Shown here one piece after another: positions 58,945 to 64,000 of a stretch of DNA of 64,000 nucleotides. The stretch spans positions 172,112,001 through 172,176,000 of the forward strand of contig NW_027362770.1 of assembly GCF_046119375.1 (NCBI RefSeq), read 5' to 3'. This DNA is from Phyllobates terribilis. Taxonomy: Eukaryota. The first letter of the stretch is position 1, and each line of letters opens with the position of its first letter. Below the pieces are notes generated by a model. It did no database searches and was not told the origin of the DNA. It saw only the letters and a list, made by a program, of their open reading frames with translations. The translations under genes were made by a program, and so were the position numbers.

Positions 58945-61900
58945 GTAAGAACGCTAAATTGTCCGTAAACTTATTTTATTCTCCCCGTCAGTTATTACCT
59001 TTAATTATGAAACCCATTTTTTTGGGCTTTCGAGGGTCTGTATTTTTCACATCCCAATATTTAAAGGGGAAGACGCGTTGAATGCAGATGTGTTTCCGCT
59101 CCACACCTGGATAGGGGCCAACATATGGGTGATGTGAAACTGTAAAACTTTTTCAGTTGCTGTTTTTGGAAATTTTTCAATTTTTTTTTTTTTTTTTTTT
59201 TTTTTACTATAAAAATTATTTAAATAAATAATAAAAAAATACATTATTTTATAATATAATTATAATTAAAAAAAAATCTATAAAGTTATCTTCGCTTTTT
59301 CTATTGCTTTGCTGATCAATTTTGTAGGCGTCCCTTTTTATATTCGTTCCTAAATTGCAGCCACTTGTGAGCAGATGTGCCGGAGGCTATATAGAAGCTT
59401 TGGTGTAGGTACAGCTGATGTAGCTGTCACTTTAAGAAATTAAAGGGGAGCTCTACAGATGTGTAATAAAGTCAGTTTCGGACTCTGTACAAGTTGAGCT
59501 GAATGATTGTATATAAATTTCCAGCATTTGTGAACTAATATAAGACAAAGGGGGTCCTAAAATTTGTTGCCAGCAGGTAACCTAGCAACCATGACAGTTT
59601 ACGGGACTAGCTCCTGACATATTCAGTTCTGTCATTGTTCATATGTATTTAAAGGGGTCTTCTAGCTTAAGAATTGCATCAGAATTCACCTCTTTATTTT
59701 AGAAGGGGTAAGATCCGCGCTCAAATCTGCATGTAAAATCCGTGCTCAAATCTGCACGTAAAATCCGCGCTCAAATCTGTACATAAAATCCGTGTCGTTT
59801 CCTTCTCTCGGATCTGTACAGTTTTTCCGCTTCAGAAGTGTTTCCATGAAAGCAGAGATCTTGGCAAGAAAGTTGCAGAACTTTTCACCTTTTTTATCTG
59901 ATGAGTTTGCGTTATTGATTGAAAACCAGAAAAAGTTGTGAATCCGAATCAGAATATTTGTAATTAAAGGAGATAAAGAAAAAAAATCTTTCTTAAAAAA
60001 AAATGGCGCCATATTAGTCTACAGGTTGTGTGTGGTATTGCAGCTGATCTTCATTGATGTGAAAGAGGCGGTTCAGCTGCAAATAACCTGTAGACAAGTG
60101 TGGCGCTCTTTTTGGAAGAAAGGAGACCTATTTCCTTCCTATCCTGGGACAACCCCTTTAATGGAGGGGGGACCCCTCATCTATTAGCTGGAGTAGAGAG
60201 TGGCTACAAAGAGTGTCTCTCGGTCTGGAGGACCTGGCATGTCCAGGCGTTAGCAGACAACCCATTGATTTCAATGAGAATTATGCAGTACCTCATTTCT
60301 CCTGTGGGGGAGCTGCAGGGAAATCCAACACTTCATAACCAGATCCCCCCACAGATTAGAACTGATCACTGGGGGTTTCAGCAGCAGGACGCTATGTGAT
60401 CAGCTTATTTACATGATTAGTTGGACCTGGAGGGGCAGGGGACATTACTATTTAACACCTTGCGCATTCATTGAACCAATTGGAGTCCGGAGGACTGTTT
60501 GCTAAAGAAGGTCCTAGATGAAACAGTGACCTTACCGCAAACAGCGCCCCCTATGTCATTTACATATGGAAACACGTGACTTGTTGTTAGCAGCCGGACA
60601 GACAGCACTGATTATTTTGTGTATGCAGCTCCTCTGCAGACTTATGTGACTTACACTCCGCACACAAGGGCCCGGTGACGTCTCTCCCCTGCTGCTGAAA
60701 GATTAGCAAAAAAGTGGTTAGAAGAGACTGCGAGATCTGACTACACACTGTAGTCTGTTACCGTGGAAACGCATTGGTCTGCATAGGAGCTGTATACGCA
60801 AAACAGTTTCAATTAAAACTTTGCAAAGCGGCTCCATCTTTTTTTTTTTTCTTTTCATTTCAGATTTACCAGGTATTCCGGATTACCAGATACATGATAT
60901 ATTTGCTTCTTTTTTTAGCCCTGCAGGCCGTGGCTCGCCCGCCGCTCGCCTCCTAGACTTGCGGAATTCTTGGCCTCCTTACAGAATGTCTGGAAAGGAT
61001 CATCCTGGTACCAGGAGCCCCCCGGCCCCTCCGCCAGGGTCGGAGGAACGACACCATTGTACTTTTTTTCTAAGACCTGTAATCACATGAGTTATTATAA
61101 CACGCTGGATACCGTTGTATATCGCCATATAATTATTGGCTAGGATGAAACTACAACTCCCAGCATGCTTTGGCTGTCAAGGTATGCTGGGAATTGTAGT
61201 CCCTCTACAGTTTTGATAACTGACAGAATCTACATAAAAATAAAAAAATAAAAAAAAGGATAAGCGGCTGCCTGCATATTTGGCGCCGCTTATCCCGAAC
61301 AATGGTGGTTAAATCTGCTGTTGCAACTTTTTAGGATAAACGTCCCCGCACCCCTCTGCCCGCAGTCTGGCTGACTATATGGGGGCACAGTCATGGATGG
61401 GCCGACCCTTTGAAATCTGATCCCGGACGGTTCCGCTTGCAGATGACTGAATATATCACTGGACCAGATGGTCCTGCCACATGATGGTTGGAGGGCACGT
61501 CTTAAAAGGACCCCAACACCTGGATTTGCAGTTTTACCCCCAAGGCTAATATGCATAAAGTAATGATTTTTTATTTATTTTTTTGTGCAAAAAATGTCCA
61601 CCTGCACGTAACAAGTGGCCAAATAACGGTTGTTTCTCTTTAAATATTTTATATTTTTCACTTTTTTTTTTTCACTTTAATTATTTTATATTTTTCATCT
61701 TTTTTTTTGTTTATTTCACTTTAAATATTTAATATTTTTCACTTTTTTTTTTCACTTTGTTTTATATTTTTTTTTTCACTTTAAATATATTATATTTTTC
61801 ACATTTTTTTTTTTTTTTATGCACACAAATACCAGCCTTTTTAATTGCGGGTTACTTGCACCACAAAGAGCAGTGTGCGTATAACAGTGTCTGCAGCGCT

Positions 61901-62259
61901 GGTGCCAGGCGGAACAAGAGCCCTGTAATAACACGGCTAAATATATATATATCAGCATAGGCTGAATCGGGGTGTGGGGGAAGGGGGCGGATAGCGGACA
62001 AAGGGCCCCTTCACACCCGGCCACTGTTCCTCTAGTGAATGTATTGTTATAGTGATATGACGAGATGTGCGCCGTGCCGTATGTTAGTGCCCTCCTTCAC
62101 TAGGTGCAAGAGTTTCAGTCATTCTCTTCTTATAATCAGTTATTTTAGAGATTTCTGTTTCTGGGAAAGCTGGGTGCCAGGCAGTATGGCCGTCATGTGT
62201 GATCAGATCTGACCTCCGAAACCAACACTGTCCATTGACCAAATGACTGAATTAATGAA

Positions 62260-63135
62260 GACCCCCAGACCAGACCTCTAAAATAATAAAATCCCCAGAC
62301 CAGGCCCCTAAATTAGGAGAACACAGACGAGACCCACTGAATGAATACAGATCCCAGGCCAGGCCCCTCTACACCCCACTTCCCCCCTCAAAAAAACTAA
62401 TATAAGTAAATGAAGATCCCCAAACCGGGCCCACTATATATATAGACCTTAGACCAGACCCTCCATAAAACTAATACATTCCCTAGAATAGACCCTCTGC
62501 AGATCCCAGATCAGACGCCCTGAACGAATACAGACCCCAGACCAGCACCCCCACCTAAAAAATAAATAAATAAAATAATACAAACCCCTCACCTAAATCA
62601 CTGCAGACCCCAAACCAGGCTTACTAAATATATACAGACCCCTAAACGAATGCTGTCCACTACACCTACCTCAGATCCTAGAGTAGACCCCCTGAAAATA
62701 ATAAAGACCACCTGAATGAATACAGACTTCAAGCCAGACCCTTTAGACAAACACAGACCCCAGACCAGACCCCCTGAAAGTAATGAAGACCACCTAAATG
62801 AATACAGACTTCAAGCCAGACCTTTTAGACAAACACAGACCCCAGACCAGACCCCCTGAAAGTAATGAAGACCACCTAAATGAATACAGACTTCAAGCCG
62901 GATCCTTTAGACTAACACAGACCCCAGACCAAGCCCCCTGAAAGTAATGAAGACCACCTAAATGAATACAGACTTCAAGCCAGACCCTTTAGACAAACAG
63001 ACCCCAGACCAGACCCCCTGAAACTTGAGACTTCAAACCAGACTCCCTAATACCAGGCCACCTGAATGAATACAGGCCCCCAGACCAGACCCCCTAAATG
63101 AATACAGATCTCAGACCAGGCCCTCTAAATGCAAA
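62260..63135. repeat. Degenerate CAGACCCCAGACCAGACCCC minisatellite
   Basis: About three near-identical ~77-bp units at 62700-63010 inside a looser array. Confidence 0.85.
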
Positions 63136-64000
63136 CACCAGATGTATTCTGTGACTGCACCCAGAAGAGAAAAGAACTATAGTTATATGTAGAGGTGGGA
63201 ATATTTTTTTCGTCTCCCCTTTTTCATAGGGAGGTGACTACTGTAACTCCCGTAAATGTGCGCCCATAGGCCTCATGTATAAATGCTGCTCCAGGGTAGA
63301 TTTCATCAGCTGCTAATAGCAACCAATCGTCTTCCGGCTTACATCTTTCAACTGCTGGTTAGAAAATGAGACAAGTTATCTGATTGGTTGCTATGTGCGA
63401 CTGTTGTGGCTCCTTCTCCGGGCCTAAGATGTGCTTGGCTTTCTATATGGCCGCACATTCCTCTCCCCCTTCTTTTACCTCAAGTGACTTTCCAGCTGCA
63501 GACTGCCGGCAATCTCAGCTTATCCAAGGCATTTCTACAGCAGTGTGCAGTTATGAAGGATTTCTGTTATGATGGTCGCTTTCCCTCTGGCCAAAAAAAA
63601 AAAAAGGATTTTATGGCCATGACGAGTATTTACTTGCCAGCTATGGGTCTGGCCCGGACTTGTTTTATCATTGTTTTATCACTTCGAGTCAGTCGGGGTC
63701 ATGGTGGTGATAAGAGTCAGGACTCTTAGAAAGCCATGTAAACATCCTTCGTGAGGGAGGGGATGTGGTGGCCAATTTTGGTAGTCACCGATCTTTCCTA
63801 GGATCCGATATAAGTAAAATAGTGGAAAGTAATCTGACTTGGCACTCTGCGTAACATATGGAGATACGTTACATAAATTAAAGATCATTTGGGGCCTAAA
63901 ATGGCTGATAATAGGGAACACTAGCTTGTATTCAACCGCGTCCCTTTTAGAAGATCCCAAAGTGTTTGCATCCGACAATTATTCCGTTCACGGGAAACCA

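Noticed and set aside
58945-64000. creb3l2 exon 2 (expected HFSELLDEFSQ-like sequence)
   Set aside because: Not found by eye; intron 1 probably extends beyond the window.

Overview
This is vertebrate (anuran/frog) nuclear DNA, not prokaryotic; the frog assignment is inferred from close similarity to recalled Xenopus proteins and the repeat landscape. Three genes lie on the + strand: a complete wee2 (oocyte-type Wee1-like kinase, 11 coding exons, 559 aa, one GC-AG intron), a complete ssbp1 (mitochondrial SSB, 146 aa, 6 coding exons plus a likely 5'UTR exon) and the first coding exon of creb3l2. The first 20 kb holds a decayed Gmr1-like Ty3/Gypsy LTR retrotransposon (gag-PR-INT-RT-RH order), a solo LTR, an L2 LINE fragment, a collapsed TRIM (RING + PRY/SPRY) pseudogene and many TIR MITEs. 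ssbp1 introns are filled with minisatellites and contain a near-intact DD35E Tc1-type transposon. A 2.7-kb non-autonomous Helitron lies between ssbp1 and creb3l2 and carries a ~660-bp palindrome plus a hairpin array. The most notable unexplained structures are a 64-bp tandem array of co-oriented CTCF motifs between wee2 and the ssbp1 promoter, and that Helitron cargo. No CRISPR, rRNA or tRNA genes were found. All similarity calls come from recalled family motifs, not database searches.
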